Positions 39,783 through 54,600 of a DNA stretch of 64,000 nucleotides are shown here, piece by piece. The notes below the pieces were generated by a model that saw only the letters and a program-made list of their open reading frames with translations, was not told where the DNA came from and did no database searches. The translations under genes and the position numbers were made by a program. The DNA lies in NCBI GenBank assembly GCA_964304625.1, contig OZ199839.1, positions 9,792,671 to 9,856,670 of the forward strand, read 5' to 3'. The stretch is from Kudoa neothunni (Eukaryota; Animalia; Cnidaria). Within the stretch, counting starts at the first letter, position 1, and the number at the start of each line of letters is the position of its first letter.

Positions 39783-41791
39783 CAGTCGGTGACCATTAAT
39801 TCGTACTCCCCTCGGGGACGGAGAAAATTACGAATTATACGTCAGTAACGTCTAATTCGTAATGGCTTTGTGCGCGCGTGAAAAAAATAGCATGAAAATT
39901 TTGATTTTATTAATTTTTAAGGCTTTCTAAAGTAATCTGTTATTTTTGATTGTATTTGAGTTTTTCAATATACTCATACACATATGATTCTAATTTAGCT
40001 AATTCATCACCTAAAAAGTAGCACCAGCACCTTTGAAAAATATTTTCAAATTTTCTACAAAAATTATAGCATCTTTAGAAGTGAATTTAGGCTCCACAGG
40101 TTCGTCCTCTACCTCTTCAGGCTCGCTAACGATTTCCTCGTATGAGATGTTCTCTAAATTATCACATATGGGAAACAAACTTTCTTCGATACCTAATTCA
40201 TCGACTTCTAGAGATGTGGAACTATCTGGAGATAAAATTGTATTGGAATTTTCTGGTTCATTTACGGATGTTTTTAAGCCGAAACCAGATTTAGAAAAAC
40301 AATTAATAATTGTTTTAGGAACTATTGAATTCCAAGTATCCTTAATAAGAGTCATTGCTTCCCATAAATCTAGAGGTTTTATATCCAGTCCTATTTCTGC
40401 ACGGAGCGTATATTGCCTCGTTAAGTTTTTCCGGTATGTTGCCTTAAATGAACGAATAACACCTTGATCCATTGGTTGTAGGACCGATGTGGTGTTTTTG
40501 GGAAAATATACTATTTGAACGTTGGAGAGTTCCATGTGTTGATGGCAACTTGCATTGTCCATAAAAAGAACGATTTTTTTGTTTCTACTTCTGAAAATAC
40601 TGTTAAGTTTTAACAGATAATTTCTAAAAATGCTTGCTGTCATCCAGCCTTTCGTGTTGTACTCATAGGGAACTGGAGTATTATTTATACTTTTAAAGCA
40701 TCTAGGTCGGGCATAATGACCTATCACTAAGAGGTCTAGCTTTTCACCATTCACTGAGGCTCCAAGTAGTAATGTAATCCTTTTTTTTGACTTTTTACCA
40801 CAAGACATATTATTTTCAATAGCAGAAACGTAACTTTTTTCCTATAATAATATAGATAAATACTTGAGCAAAAAGAATTGATTGTAGAATATTGTATAAT
40901 TTCGATCATAACGAAAAAATAATGAAGTACACATTTGGCGCCCACAAAATAATCATATTGTGGAAGTAATACTATTAACAAAAAATTTTTCATTTAATGT
41001 ATGTAAAAATATCTGATCGAAACAAAAATAACCATTTTTAGGAAAAACTTACGAGGCGTTGATTGATGGAACAGCGCGGTCTCGTCGACATTGTATATTT
41101 GATCCTCTTTATAATTTTCAAGAATTTTAATTAGTTGAGTCTTCCATTCTGTGATGATTCCTATGGGTACCATGTTAGCATCCCCATGAAAGCTAACTTT
41201 TTTTAATTGAATCTATTTTTAAAAGCCGCGAAACCATCCGTAGCTAACATTTTTGAAATCGTCATCAGAAGCACCGATCTCATTAATTTATTAATTATTT
41301 CGATGGACGATAATTCGATACTTTTCGACCTCATCCAAATGAACCACTCATAAACACGTTGATCGACTTCATATTTTCCTTTCCGCATTGATCTTCGTTG
41401 GGATGGAAGCAATTGATTCTCAAATGCTTGTGTAATTTTAGCACTTTTTTCTAAAATGCCATTCAATGTTGAAATATAACCTATTTTGAAGTGTTTGATA
41501 GTTTCTGTCTTTCTATTTAAGGGCGGCAAACTATCATAATATTTAATTACGTCATATTTTTCCTGAAATGTTGTTCCGAATTTGTGAATTCTTTTTTCGG
41601 GCATTTAGAAATAATTACAAATTATCGGTTAATACACACTTTTAAAACTTTTTATTTGACAAAATAAAAAAATAACTCGTATATTTAATTAACAACTAAT
41701 AATAAACGTTATTTGACAAATTTAACCGAATGGATAGAGTTTTAAGGGATGTTACGAATTATCGGTTCTACGAATTAACGGTCATCTACTG
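39783..41791 (-). mobile_element. Tigger/pogo (Tc1-mariner superfamily) transposon with a frameshifted transposase
   Basis: TA|CAGTCGGTGACCATTAATTCGTA ... TACGAATTAACGGTCATCTACTG|TA. CENP-B-like HTH (41604-41203), NVDETAL, and DDE_1 motifs KGWMT, MDNASCH, PKNTTSVLQPMDQGVI (40808-40011). Confidence 0.92.
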
Positions 41792-41809
41792 TATTTGGTT
41801 AAAATTGTC

Positions 41810-44720
41810 GGTAAAGGGAGAGTACCCAGTTCCAAAAATTCGGCATCTTCCCGTACACGCGCATTGCCGATTGGTTTATAATTTAATTTAACACATTTTT
41901 AAAATATTGAGTGATCACAAATCAGACCCAAATTTTTATTTTGAAGAGTTGCAAAAAAAACACTTTGGCAACAATCGGGAAGCGCGCAATGTAATGCGCA
42001 TACCTTTTCATAACCTTTTTCAGCCTAATTTGTCATAAATAATTCATGAAATTTATATTTTTAATTTTTATAATATTATCGAATATGTTCTCGCGATTAA
42101 AGAATCACACAGGATAGGAGATATTTTATTTAGTGGTGTTTTGAATTTTCGATAATTATAGATGTAATAATAACTGTTATATTTATATCTCACGTTAAAT
42201 TTAAAAAATTTATGTGTTTTTATAATTTAATCCGATTAACAATAGTTTTTTCGATGGCGGAATTTTCAATTCAGCGTCAATTTTATAAACTTTTGTTTAA
42301 CGTGAGTGCTCTATTTACTTACCTAGCGAATAAGGGACTATTACAAAAAATGCCTGCTCGGTGCAAGAATTGCCACGGGCATAACACTCTACGCCTCCAA
42401 GTTACAACGAGAAAAGAAACAATACTTCAATCGATCTTTGTGACGATGATATTGAGAAATACTCGTATACATGTTCAAAGTACTTTTATTTTATGTGTAG
42501 TTTTTAAAATATTAATTTTAGGAATGATTGTAGAACGCATTTTTCACTCAGGGCCTCTACCTTCTTTGGCATCAATAACGCGATGGGGACGAATGTATCC
42601 AAATTAGCAGTGTCTCAGCTATTTGAGTACTATACATTTGGTGTATTGAAGAACAAAGATGCAGGGTGGTAGTATTAACTCAAATAACCGAGAAAATGGG
42701 CGGAGAAAATCGAATCGTCGAAATTGACGAATGTTTATTAAGAGGTCGCCGTAAAAACAACCGGGGAAGATTTTTAAGCATAGACAGATTGTTGGCCACC
42801 CCTAACTATTTCTTAAGGAGTAGGTTATTCCGTGGAGCGATTCCTTTGAGACGTCAGCGGAGAAATGAAAGGTATGGTTACAGAATAAACGGCCCTTGGG
42901 TTGTTGGCATTTGCTAATGCTCTATCGATGAAGATGGCAAACGCAAATTGTTAGAATCAAGATTTTTTATTGTCCAAAAAAGGGATAAACGAACGTTGAC
43001 CCAACTCGTCTTACAGGAAGTTGAAAACGGGATTACAATCTATACTGACGAGTGGTTGGGGTACACCTCTCTCCGAATTTACGGCTATAACCATATAACC
43101 GTTAATCACTCTAAAGAATATGTCACTCCAGAGGGTTACCATACTAATACGGTCGAGGTTGTGTGGCGTCATCTCAAAACAAAACTCATTCTGAAAATGA
43201 GCGTTGTGCCACGAAATTAGCTGGATTCCAACCTACATGAATCATGGTCGCGTTCCATTCATAAAGGATATTGGAATTTCTTCGAATATATTGTAACAGT
43301 TATCGCTACTATTTACCAATTAAATAATAGCTAATGAAACAAAATATTTGTGTTTTGATTCCTTTCATCTTTTATATACTGCTATTTGTCAAAAAAACTT
43401 AAGAAAACTTTAGATTTTACCATATTAGTATTAACTATAAAATTAAAATTATATTTGCAGTAAATATATTTGAGATTTCTCGCGCATTTTCGTTTAATGA
43501 TAATAAATTAAAATATATGTTTATGATTTACCGCTAAGGCTTTATTAATGAAAAAATATTTTTTCTTTATAAATGAAATTAGATTATGAAACTTTTTTTA
43601 AGAAAAACTAATTTTTAATTTTTGACTCACAATTGTTTCTCAGTCTTGATAATTAATACGATTATACAGTACATTAACTATGAATTATAGTTATCACGGA
43701 TCGTTACTCAAAGTATTCAATTATATTTGTACAAACCAACATTAAATTTTTTTTTGACTTATTTATAATCTAATTATAAATAGTTAACGAATTATTCATT
43801 ATATTGTCTGTAATATCATAAGGTTTTCAATTTCTTCAATATGGTTTGTTCGGTATACCGTTGTATATTTAATATAAGTACATCAACAAAATATATGAAC
43901 TAAAAAATAAAGTTGTAAGTAACAATTAAGAGTCGTTAACGTAAAAAATGAAAACTTAAGGTTACACAACAATAAATAACTGGCATATATCCTTTCGGTT
44001 CAATTTCATTAATAATTCACAGAACATATTTGATAATATTATAAAAATTAAAAATATAACTTTCACGAATTATTACGAAAAATATCTTGGTGAAAAACTA
44101 TATCAAATAAAAACTTATAAAGAGTTCTAACGAAATCATTTTATAAAAACGTATAAAACAGCAAATTTATGGATTTCATATATAATATTAAAAGTTTATG
44201 TGAATTAATTCTTAATTATTATGCTTTAGAAAGAATATTAATAATACATGTGATATATCTGTGGATTAGCTTACTTTAAAATTGGTTTGGAATATTAAAA
44301 ATAATATATAAACTAAAAAATTTCATGATAAACGACTTTGCACAAGCAGAGAGCTAGAACAATTTGGCAGACGAAATTAATACACTTTAGTTATTTCGTG
44401 CAACTATGAACTGCTATTTTTACTTTCTGCAACGTTCCGACTATTCATATTAAATTTAAGCAAGGCAAAAACACACTTAATCATGAGTAATATGTTAAAT
44501 TCATATGGAAAATAGAACAAAACTACCTTGCGCATTCACATGCACACGCACCGATTGAAGCCGAACGTGAATTTTAGCAAAAGTTTTAGAAGTGAATTAT
44601 GAAGCGAATTGTTGTTCGGCCAAAAGTTTAAAATAGTGAATAATTGATTTGAAATAAAATCGGGATTGTCAGACATGCGTAAGAGGGTGAAAAATGGGAG
44701 CTGCACACTCCTCCATTACC
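41810..44720 (+). mobile_element. Merlin (IS1595/ISXO2-like) DNA transposon, decayed; boundaries tentative
   Basis: GGTAAAGGGAGAGT left end and ACTCCTCCATTACC right end (imperfect TIR, no TSD seen), with a transposase inside. Confidence 0.6.
42254..43260 (+). pseudogene. ISXO2-like (DDE_Tnp_IS1595) transposase pseudogene
   Basis: IVEIDEC, WVVGIC*, IYTDEWLGY, HITVNHS, HTNTVEVVWRHLK; in-frame stops. Confidence 0.88.
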
Positions 44721-45651
44721 GTTCTTAGTAATAAAACGAGCATATAATTTTATACGTAATTTTTTACGTATTGAAATTGAATGTATAATTTTCTAGATTT
44801 AATTAATAACAAAATCAACATTTATTTTTTAATGTAATTGTTACTTAAGACTATTAAAATCTACAGCATTATAATGACAATCAAAACGTAAAATCTATAA
44901 TTTATGATGTTAGTCATTCCGAATAATTTACAATATCGACAGATAAAATATAACGAATAATTTTAGTAGGCATTTTTATTAATGTGAGTCTTCCGAAAGC
45001 CGAATTGATAAATTTACAATCAAAATTTCAAAAAATGACCAATGTTTCAGAGAGATGATTCGATGAAAATAAAATTTAATGGGAGACAGAATTATCCAAG
45101 TAGCAAGAGTTCTTACTGACACATTAATATATTTTTTACTGTCAATATAACTCATTCCATACGAAATTTGAAAATTAGTTTCAATTGATTAACTATATTT
45201 TTTCCAACATATTTTCTAGAGAATAATAAAAAATGAATTAATTTTAACCCAGCTGCTACACTACATACTGCGTTGATCTTGTTGATACAAAATCCAAAGT
45301 TTTCTTAGAAAAATTACTCTTAATAGTTGTTTTTTCATTATAACGACGAAGAGCCATTTGTCCAACTTTTTATTCTAATCAGCTCCTTTTTATCCGTTTC
45401 AGCCAGATATTGCATACACCATTCAAAATGAAGCCAAATGATAATTATTCCATATCTTTATTTAACATTAATTTTTCGTAAAGGATTACATAAAATACAT
45501 GCTGAGGTAGTCTTGTAAAGATTGTAAAATTCTAATAACTTAAATAACCCGAATAATCACAATTTTTAGATAGTATTAACTCTTTCATGAATAGTTATTG
45601 TTTATTGATACCATAAAATATATAATCTATTATATAGTCTATTTTATATAA

Positions 45652-48620
45652 ATGAAGACAAACATGGTCTCATTTAGCTTGCTTGTGGCATTATTTTGTA
45701 ATAAATTAAAATTCTCGCTTCTTTTTAAACCATTGTAGGCATTAAGAAAGTTTTTGTGCTTGAAGCCACAGGTGCGGCTACCGAACCTGCCAAAGTTCTC
45801 ACCTATCGCATAGCAGACGGTGACAATGTACATCTGACTTTATCTGGAACAACATATGCCACATCGGGGAAAAAATGCCTTATAAGAAAGGAAAAGGAAG
45901 GTACAGTTGAATTTGACCAGATCAATACATGTCCTAGCAGTGATAGTGCACATGGAGGTGGAAAATGTCTTCGGCTTTGTTCTGGAGATGATATCAAACT
46001 GGGATTTAATACTTTTTCACCTAGAACAAGATATGTATATATATATTCTGGGAATGATTATGAGGCCATGAAAGATAAAGATAATGGAGGAGATGTGTTT
46101 GGATTGTCTATTCGTATATTGCATTAAATGTTTTCGAAATATAATTTGAATATAGCACTCTTGGTTAATCCAATAGTCACAATTTCTACAGACACTTCAG
46201 GAAAATTGAACCTTCTAACAAAAACATGCCCAAAAGTTGCTTGTCCCATTTATTACAAGGGTGTTAAATACGCCGAAGGGCTGATCGCAGCTGACTGTGT
46301 AACTGCAATTACAAATACAGTTGATTTTGATGTATTAATTCCTCACTATGAGATGAAATGTTCAAATTATCCAAGCTTTTTCTACCATATGCCAAATACA
46401 TACATGAGAAAAAACATTGCTACATATAAACCACAGTACTATGTTACATATAAGGAAAATGATAATGACAAGTTAAAATATCTTCTTAAGTTTACAAATG
46501 CTTTCCCATCAGAAATTTGTTTTTTTAATGTAAAAGATGCAGCGACTAACGCACCGACAAACACGAATAAATATGAATCATCGTGTGGCGGTGAGGCTGG
46601 AAAAAAATGTTATGCACCCTGCAATAATGTTGAATTGGCAGTTACTGCAACCAAACAGATCGTGAAAATATTAATTAAAACTAGGCACCATCAATTAGAA
46701 GTAGATGGAGCCTACGTTGATGGTTATGAAGAGAAAAAATTTGGTAATATTTCTTTAAATTTTAACTAGTTATCATTAGTATTAGCTATTGTTGAGGCCG
46801 CAAAAGCAAACGCTCTTTTAACGGCACATTCTGCTACTGGAGTTACAATTAATAGATCCCTTTATAGTCCGGATGGAAATAACGGCGTAAAATTTACGGA
46901 TTGCGTTTTAAAATACTTTCCGGCTGATGTACCAAGATCCTCCACAGGAACACCAATAAATTGCCCAGATGCTACCTGTGGAAACGAATGCACAGTCAGT
47001 CCCACTATTGGTGCTTTGGCCGCAGGAAAAGCATACATATTTGAAATAGCTCCTAGTACCGCTTTAAATAATTATGAGAATTTTAAAGAATATTTGTTTT
47101 TCAGAACTAGTAATTTAGTAAAGTTTACAATCATTATTTAAATTTATTTTCAGCTAAAGTTAGCGCGTCAAATTACGTTACTACCATTCCCACAACGACC
47201 GACGTAACAGCTACATTAAAGGCAGTTGACGGTGATGTGGAAAATAAACCGGCTGAACCAACATGTGAATATTACATCAGTAAAGCAGGTAAAAACATGT
47301 TTGTAGAAGCAGAATGTGGAGATAGTTATCCATGCAGAGGATTTTGTAAGGACACCAAGAAATTGATAAATTTAAGGCTTAAAACAAATTATGATATCAA
47401 AGTTGTTTCAAATAAAGATTATGGAATAAAAATATTTGAAAACGTCTCAACAAGTAAAAATATGATATCGAAATCACATTTAATTTACGGTTGATAGTTT
47501 TTTCAACCCTCACTCTATCCCACAATTTCCTCGATAAAGGATTTCGAGTTGTTGGAAGATTAATAACTGCATATCCAGAAGCAATATGTCACTATAAACT
47601 TAAAGTTAAAAATGGAACCAGTTCAGATGTAGTTCATTCCTGCCCAACAGTTGTCCTTTCTCCTCCACCGGCCAACCCACCCAATACTAATGCTGTTCAA
47701 TCTTCCACGAATCAAAATTTAGAACAATCTAATTTGATCAGTCATATAAATTCTTACAATAATAGAGTTGCAAGGGCAAGTGGTGTAGCTGATTTAACTC
47801 CAAGTTCATCTACGAACACTCCAACTACGATTACTCCTACTGCGACTAATCAGTCTAAGTTCCCACCGTGCAATAAACCACCTCTATGCAGCAGCATAAT
47901 AATCAGCGAGGGTTACGAGGCTGATAAAGAATACCAATTATTGGTTACAGCTGTAGACAGATCGGAAGAAATTACCATCAATATTCCCAAAAGTACGATA
48001 TTTATTTATCAAACTATATAAAGTTCTAATATATCACACACAAATAGATGCTCTCCCTGAGAATCCTGAGGAAGTAGATAAACAAATCACAGTGATTATC
48101 GAAAGAGTTGGCGATACTTTAAAAATCACATCATTGCTTCCAAAAGAAAAGAATGAAAATTCATTGTGTCGATGGATATTGAAAGATATGAACGATCCTT
48201 CTTTACCAATAGTGAAAAAATGTGACACAGTCGGTACTAATAGGTGTAAACTTCCAACATGTAAATCATTCACAATTGATGGTGTAAGCGATACCAGTGA
48301 TTATCATTTAACGGTTATTCACTCCCAAGACCCTACAATAAAAGGCGTTGGGAGAATTAAACAAGGTAGTTAACAATAAATTATTATTATTTTAATGATC
48401 AATATAGGAGAAACTTCTAATCAATCAAAGTAAAATTGTAAAATGATAATATTAAATTTGATTTAATTTTTAGGGCGAGCACGTCAATGTATTTTTTAAT
48501 TATTTGAGTATATTTTAATGAGATACCATACATTTTAGGATAATTGGAATTATTGTTCCGATTGTTATCGTTGTAGTAGCAGTCGGATTGTACTTTGGTT
48601 ACAAGAAGAATAAATCTTAG
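45652..48620 (+). CDS. Array copy 6 (type A)
   Basis: ATG at 45652; ORFs 45756, 46128, 47237, 47491, 48092; conserved splice sites; TM exon stop at 48620. Confidence 0.88.
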
Positions 48621-51600
48621 GAATCGATCTAAACACCAGCTTATTAGTCTTAATAAAACAATATTATTATTTCTTAAAGATTTTGAATTTTAGTATTCAA
48701 TATAATTCAATGTTTTTTTAATAATAAAATGATGTAAAGTCTATGGCATATTATAATTTAATCAACCTCAGAATCATCCCAGATATATAGTTTTATTCAA
48801 TATTTGCCGTCATACTAATTTCTTAATTAAACCCAATAAGTAAAAATAAATATTTTTTAAAATTTTAAAAATTCCCATCAAATACATTAAATCAAAAATT
48901 TTTGTCCTGTTTACAAAATTTTGACAAATAAATTTGAGACCGTAATTTTCGACGTTTATTTTCGAAAAATTCGGCGCTTAAATAAAAAGGTGTGCAATCG
49001 TGCAAAACTCAAAATGTTCCTAGAGAATATATATATATTTATTTAAATATTAATTATTTAGTTTTAAATTAAAATATAATATTGAAAATATTTTTCATTA
49101 TTCACTTGTGAGATTGGTCCTATCAATTGTGATAAATGATAATTGTATACACATCAAATTTTGGTATATTTCTGAAAAAATAGAATATTTTAATTTGGTT
49201 GATTAATAACTTAATTCTATCTATAATATCACTCTCAGGAGAAGAAAATGAAATAGCTTACGTTATAATTTTTCATTTATATTCGTATCAAGAAAATTTG
49301 AATTATCATTTGGATCCACGTCTATTATTTTCACATCTCTTTACATCAACATTCACTTTAACATTGTTTTTTGTATGAAAATTCTCTAGAAATTATGTAT
49401 GATTTATGCTTGTTTCCGATAATTTTAAAATTAAAATATCAATAAATCTTTGTATCAATTAAATTTTTTTTATTTTAATACAAAATATTAAGTGCTTAAA
49501 TTATTGAATATTTAATAGCTACCTCAAATATTTGTAACGTCTCATTTCTTGATTTAAAAAAGTGTAACTGCTGATTTATAAAAAACGTCATTTAATGAAA
49601 ACTAACATAATAGAATTGGAATGTAAGAAATTTATCAAAAGTTGATTTAATTTTATCTAAACTCCGTAAATTTAAATAATTTTAATTAGGCATGAATCCA
49701 ATGCAAACAGGTCATTATTACCCCTAAATTTTTTGGATAATAATCTTTTTGAATAAAAAGTTATGAATAAATTACAATAAAATCATGATAATTCTTTCAT
49801 TAATCGTAGTATCACTGATATTAAGTGTGAGTAAAAAATTTAGTTATATCTTGGCTAAGATAAAAAAATAGAGAATCTAAGTAAAGATACCTAATATTAA
49901 TTTAGTAAAATTAGTCATATCCATATAATTATAAATGTCTTCAATAAATTAGATTTTTATTCATGAAAAGAACGTTATTTTTATCTTGAATAGTTATTGT
50001 TTATTCATCGCATAAAAATATAATCAGATTTATTCATTATTTCATAACAATGAGAGCAATATTGGCTTTGTTAGTATTGTTTATAACTTTGTTTAGTATT
50101 TTTCTACTTTTAAAACCCTTATTATATTTCAGTTAGATAGGGTTAAGTATTCTGTTAGTGCAGCTGAAGTTACGACTACCGAACCTGCAAAAATTCTTAA
50201 TTACAACATAGTAGCTAGCAATAAAGTGCGTCTGACTTTATCTGGAACAATTTATGCTGAATCAGATAAAAAATGCCTAATAAGAAAAGAAAAGGAAGGT
50301 ACAGTTGAATTTGACCAGATCAATACATGTGATGGAAGTGATAGTGATCATGGAACTGGGAAATGTCTTCGTGCTTGTTCTGGAAATATCGAATTGGCAT
50401 TTAATATCTTATCACCCAGAACAAAATATGTCTATGTGTTTTCGGATAATGATGCTGCCACAATGAAAGAGAAAAATAATGGCGGAGATGTGTTTGGGTT
50501 GTCTACACGTATTTTACGTAGAATTTATATATTAAATTAATTGCGTTTAGCGTTGTTGGTGAATCCAACAGTCACAATATCCTTACACGATTCAATTAAA
50601 TTGAAACTTGCAATTAAAACAAGTCCAAAGGTGAATTGTCCTATTTATTACAAGGGTGTCCAATATGCAGTCGGTACCACTAGTGGTACTTGTGAAACTG
50701 ATATTAATAATACGGTTGATTTTGACGTGTTAATACCTTATTATGAAATGAAATGTGTAAGTTATCCAAGCTTCTTCTACCATATGCCAAATACATACAT
50801 GAAAAAAAACATTGATATATATAAACCACAATACTATGTGACCTATAAAGAGGGTGATGACGCAAAGACAAAATATCTCCTAAAATTTACAAATTCATTT
50901 CCATCAGAGATTTGTCTTTTTAATGTGAAAGATGCAGCGACTAGCGCAGGCACGAATAAATATGAATCATCGTGTGGCGGTGAGGTCGGAAAAAAATGTT
51001 ATGCACCATGTGATAATGTTGAATTGGCGCTTGCTACATCCAAGCCGATCGTGAAAATATTAATTCAAACTAGATACCATAAATTTGGAGTGGATGAGAC
51101 TAGCGATGATGGTTATGAAGAGAACAAATTTGGTAAGGTTTCAGTCAATTTTAACTAGTTATCATTAGTATTAGCTATTGTTGAGGCTGAAAAAGAAAAC
51201 ACTCTTTTAACAGCACATTCTTCTACTGGAGTTACAATTAATAGATCCCTGTATAATCCAGGGAATAATAATGTTAAATTCACGAATTGTGCTTTAAAAT
51301 ACTTTCCAGCTGATGTACCAAGATCCTCCGCGGGAACATCAATCAATTGCTCAGATGTTGCATGTGGAAGCGAATGCACAGCCAGTGCCACTATTGGTGC
51401 TTCCATTGCAGGAAAAGCACATATAATTGAAATAACTTCTACTACCCCTATAACTAATTATCCTGAATTTAAAGAATATTTGTTTTTCAGAACAAGTAAT
51501 CAGACTGATATTTCATAGTATATAATTATTTTAGCCCCAAAACAAGGTTCAGATTTCGTTACTACCACTCCCACAACAACCGACGTAACAGCTACATTAA

Positions 51601-54600
51601 AGGCAGTTGACGGTAATGTGGGTACAGCATCCACCGAGCCTACATGTGCATATTACTTGAGTGAACAAGGAAAAGGAACATTTGTGGAAGCAGAATGTGA
51701 AGATAGTAAACCATGCAGAGGATTTTGTAGGGACATCAAGAAATTGATAAATCTAAATCCCAAAACAAATTATGATATTAAGGTCGTTTCAAATAAAGAG
51801 TATGGAATAAAAATATTTGAAAATGTCTCAACGAGTAAAAATATGACATTGCCATTTCATTTAATTTACGGTTGATAGTTTTTTCAACCCTCACTCTATC
51901 CCACAATTTCCTCGATAAAGGATTTCGAGTTGTTGGAAGATTAATAACTGCATATCCAGAAGCAATATGTCACTATAAACTTAAAGTTAAAAATGGAACC
52001 AGTTCAGATGTAGTTCATTCCTGCCCAACAATTGCCCCTTCTCCTCCACAAGCCAACCCACCCAATACTAATGCTGTTCAATCTTCCACGAATCAAAATT
52101 TAGAACAATCTAATTTGATCAGTCATATAAATTCTTACAATAATAGAGTAGCAAGAGCGAGTGGCGTAGCTGTTATAACTCCAAATTCATCCGCCACCAT
52201 TCCAACTACGATTACTCCTACTGCGACTAATCAATCTAAGTTTCCACCATGCAATAAACCACCTCTATGCAACAACATAATAATCAGCGAGGGTTACGAG
52301 GCTGATAAAGAATACCAATTATTGGTTACAGCTGTGGACAGATCGGAAGAAATTACCATCAATATTCCCAAAAGTACAATATTTATTTACCAAATTATAA
52401 AAAGTTCTAATATATCACTCACAAATAGATGCTCTCCCTGAGAATCCTGAGGAAGTAGATAAACAAATCACAGTGATTATCGAAAGAGCTGGCGATACTT
52501 TAAAAATCACATCATTGCTTCCAAAACAAAAAAATGAAAATTCATTGTGTCGATGGATATTGAAAGATATGAACGATCCTTCTTTACCAATAGTGAAAAA
52601 ATGTGACACAGTCGGTACTAATAGGTGTAAACTTCCAACATGTAAATCATTCACAATTGATGGTGTAAGCGATACCAGTGATTATCATTTAACGGTTATT
52701 CACTCCCAAGACCCTACAATAAAAGGCGTTGGGAGAATTAAACAAGGTAGTTAACAATAAATTATTATTATTTTAATGATCAATATAGGAGAAACTTCTA
52801 ATCAATCAAAGTAAAATTGTAAAATGATAATATTAAATTTGATTTAATTTTTAGGGCGAGCACGTCAATGTATTTTTTAATTATTTGAGTATATTTTAAT
52901 GAGATACCATACATTTTAGGATAATTGGAATTATTGTTCCGATTGTTATCGTTGTAGTAGCAGTCGGATTGTACTTTGGTTACAAGAAGAATAAATCTTA
53001 GGAATCGATCTAAACACCAGCTTATTAGTCTTAATAAAACAATATTATTATTTCTTAAAGATTTTGAATTTTAGTATTCAATATAATTCAATGTTTTTTT
53101 AATAATAAAATGATGTAAAGTCTATGGCATATTATAATTTAATCAACCTCAGAATCATCCCAGATATATAGTTTTATTCAATATTTGCCGTCATACTAAT
53201 TTCTTAATTAAACCCAATAAGTAAAAATAAATATTTTTTAAAATTTTAAAAATTCCCATCAAATACATTAAATCAAAAATTTTTGTCCTGTTTACAAAAT
53301 TTTGACAAATAAATTTGAGACCGTAATTTTCGACGTTTATTTTCGAAAAATTCGGCGCTTAAATAAAAAGGTGTGCAATCGTGCAAAACTCAAAATGTTC
53401 CTAGAGAATATATATATATTTATTTAAATATTAATTATTTAGTTTTAAATTAAAATATAATATTGAAAATATTTTTCATTATTCACTTGTGAGATTGGTC
53501 CTATCAATTGTGATAAATGATAATTGTATACACATCAAATTTTGGTATATTTCTGAAAAAATAGAATATTTTAATTTGGTTGATTAATAACTTAATTCTA
53601 TCTATAATATCACTCTCAGGAGAAGAAAATGAAATAGCTTACGTTATAATTTTTCATTTATATTCGTATCAAGAAAATTTGAATTATCATTTGGATCCAC
53701 GTCTATTATTTTCACATCTCTTTACATCAACATTCACTTTAACATTGTTTTTTGTATGAAAATTCTCTAGAAATTATGTATGATTTATGCTTGTTTCCGA
53801 TAATTTTAAAATTAAAATATCAATAAATCTTTGTATCAATTAAATTTTTTTTATTTTAATACAAAATATTAAGTGCTTAAATTATTGAATATTTAATAGC
53901 TACCTCAAATATTTGTAACGTCTCATTTCTTGATTTAAAAAAGTGTAACTGCTGATTTATAAAAAACGTCATTTAATGAAAACTAACATAATAGAATTGG
54001 AATGTAAGAAATTTATCAAAAGTTGATTTAATTTTATCTAAACTCCGTAAATTTAAATAATTTTAATTAGGCATGAATCCAATGCAAACAGGTCATTATT
54101 ACCCCTAAATTTTTTGGATAATAATCTTTTTGAATAAAAAGTTATGAATAAATTACAATAAAATCATGATAATTCTTTCATTAATCGTAGTATCACTGAT
54201 ATTAAGTGTGAGTAAAAAATTTAGTTATATCTTGGCTAAGATAAAAAAATAGAGAATCTAAGTAAAGATACCTAATATTAATTTAGTAAAATTAGTCATA
54301 TCCATATAATTATAAATGTCTTCAATAAATTAGATTTTTATTCATGAAAAGAACGTTATTTTTATCTTGAATAGTTATTGTTTATTCATCGCATAAAAAT
54401 ATAATCAGATTTATTCATTATTTCATAACAATGAGAGCAATATTGGCTTTGTTAGTATTGTTTATAACTTTGTTTAGTATTTTTCTACTTTTAAAACCCT
54501 TATTATATTTCAGTTAGATAGGGTTAAGTATTCTGTTAGTGCAGCTGAAGTTACGACTACCGAACCTGCAAAAATTCTTAATTACAACATAGTAGCTAGC

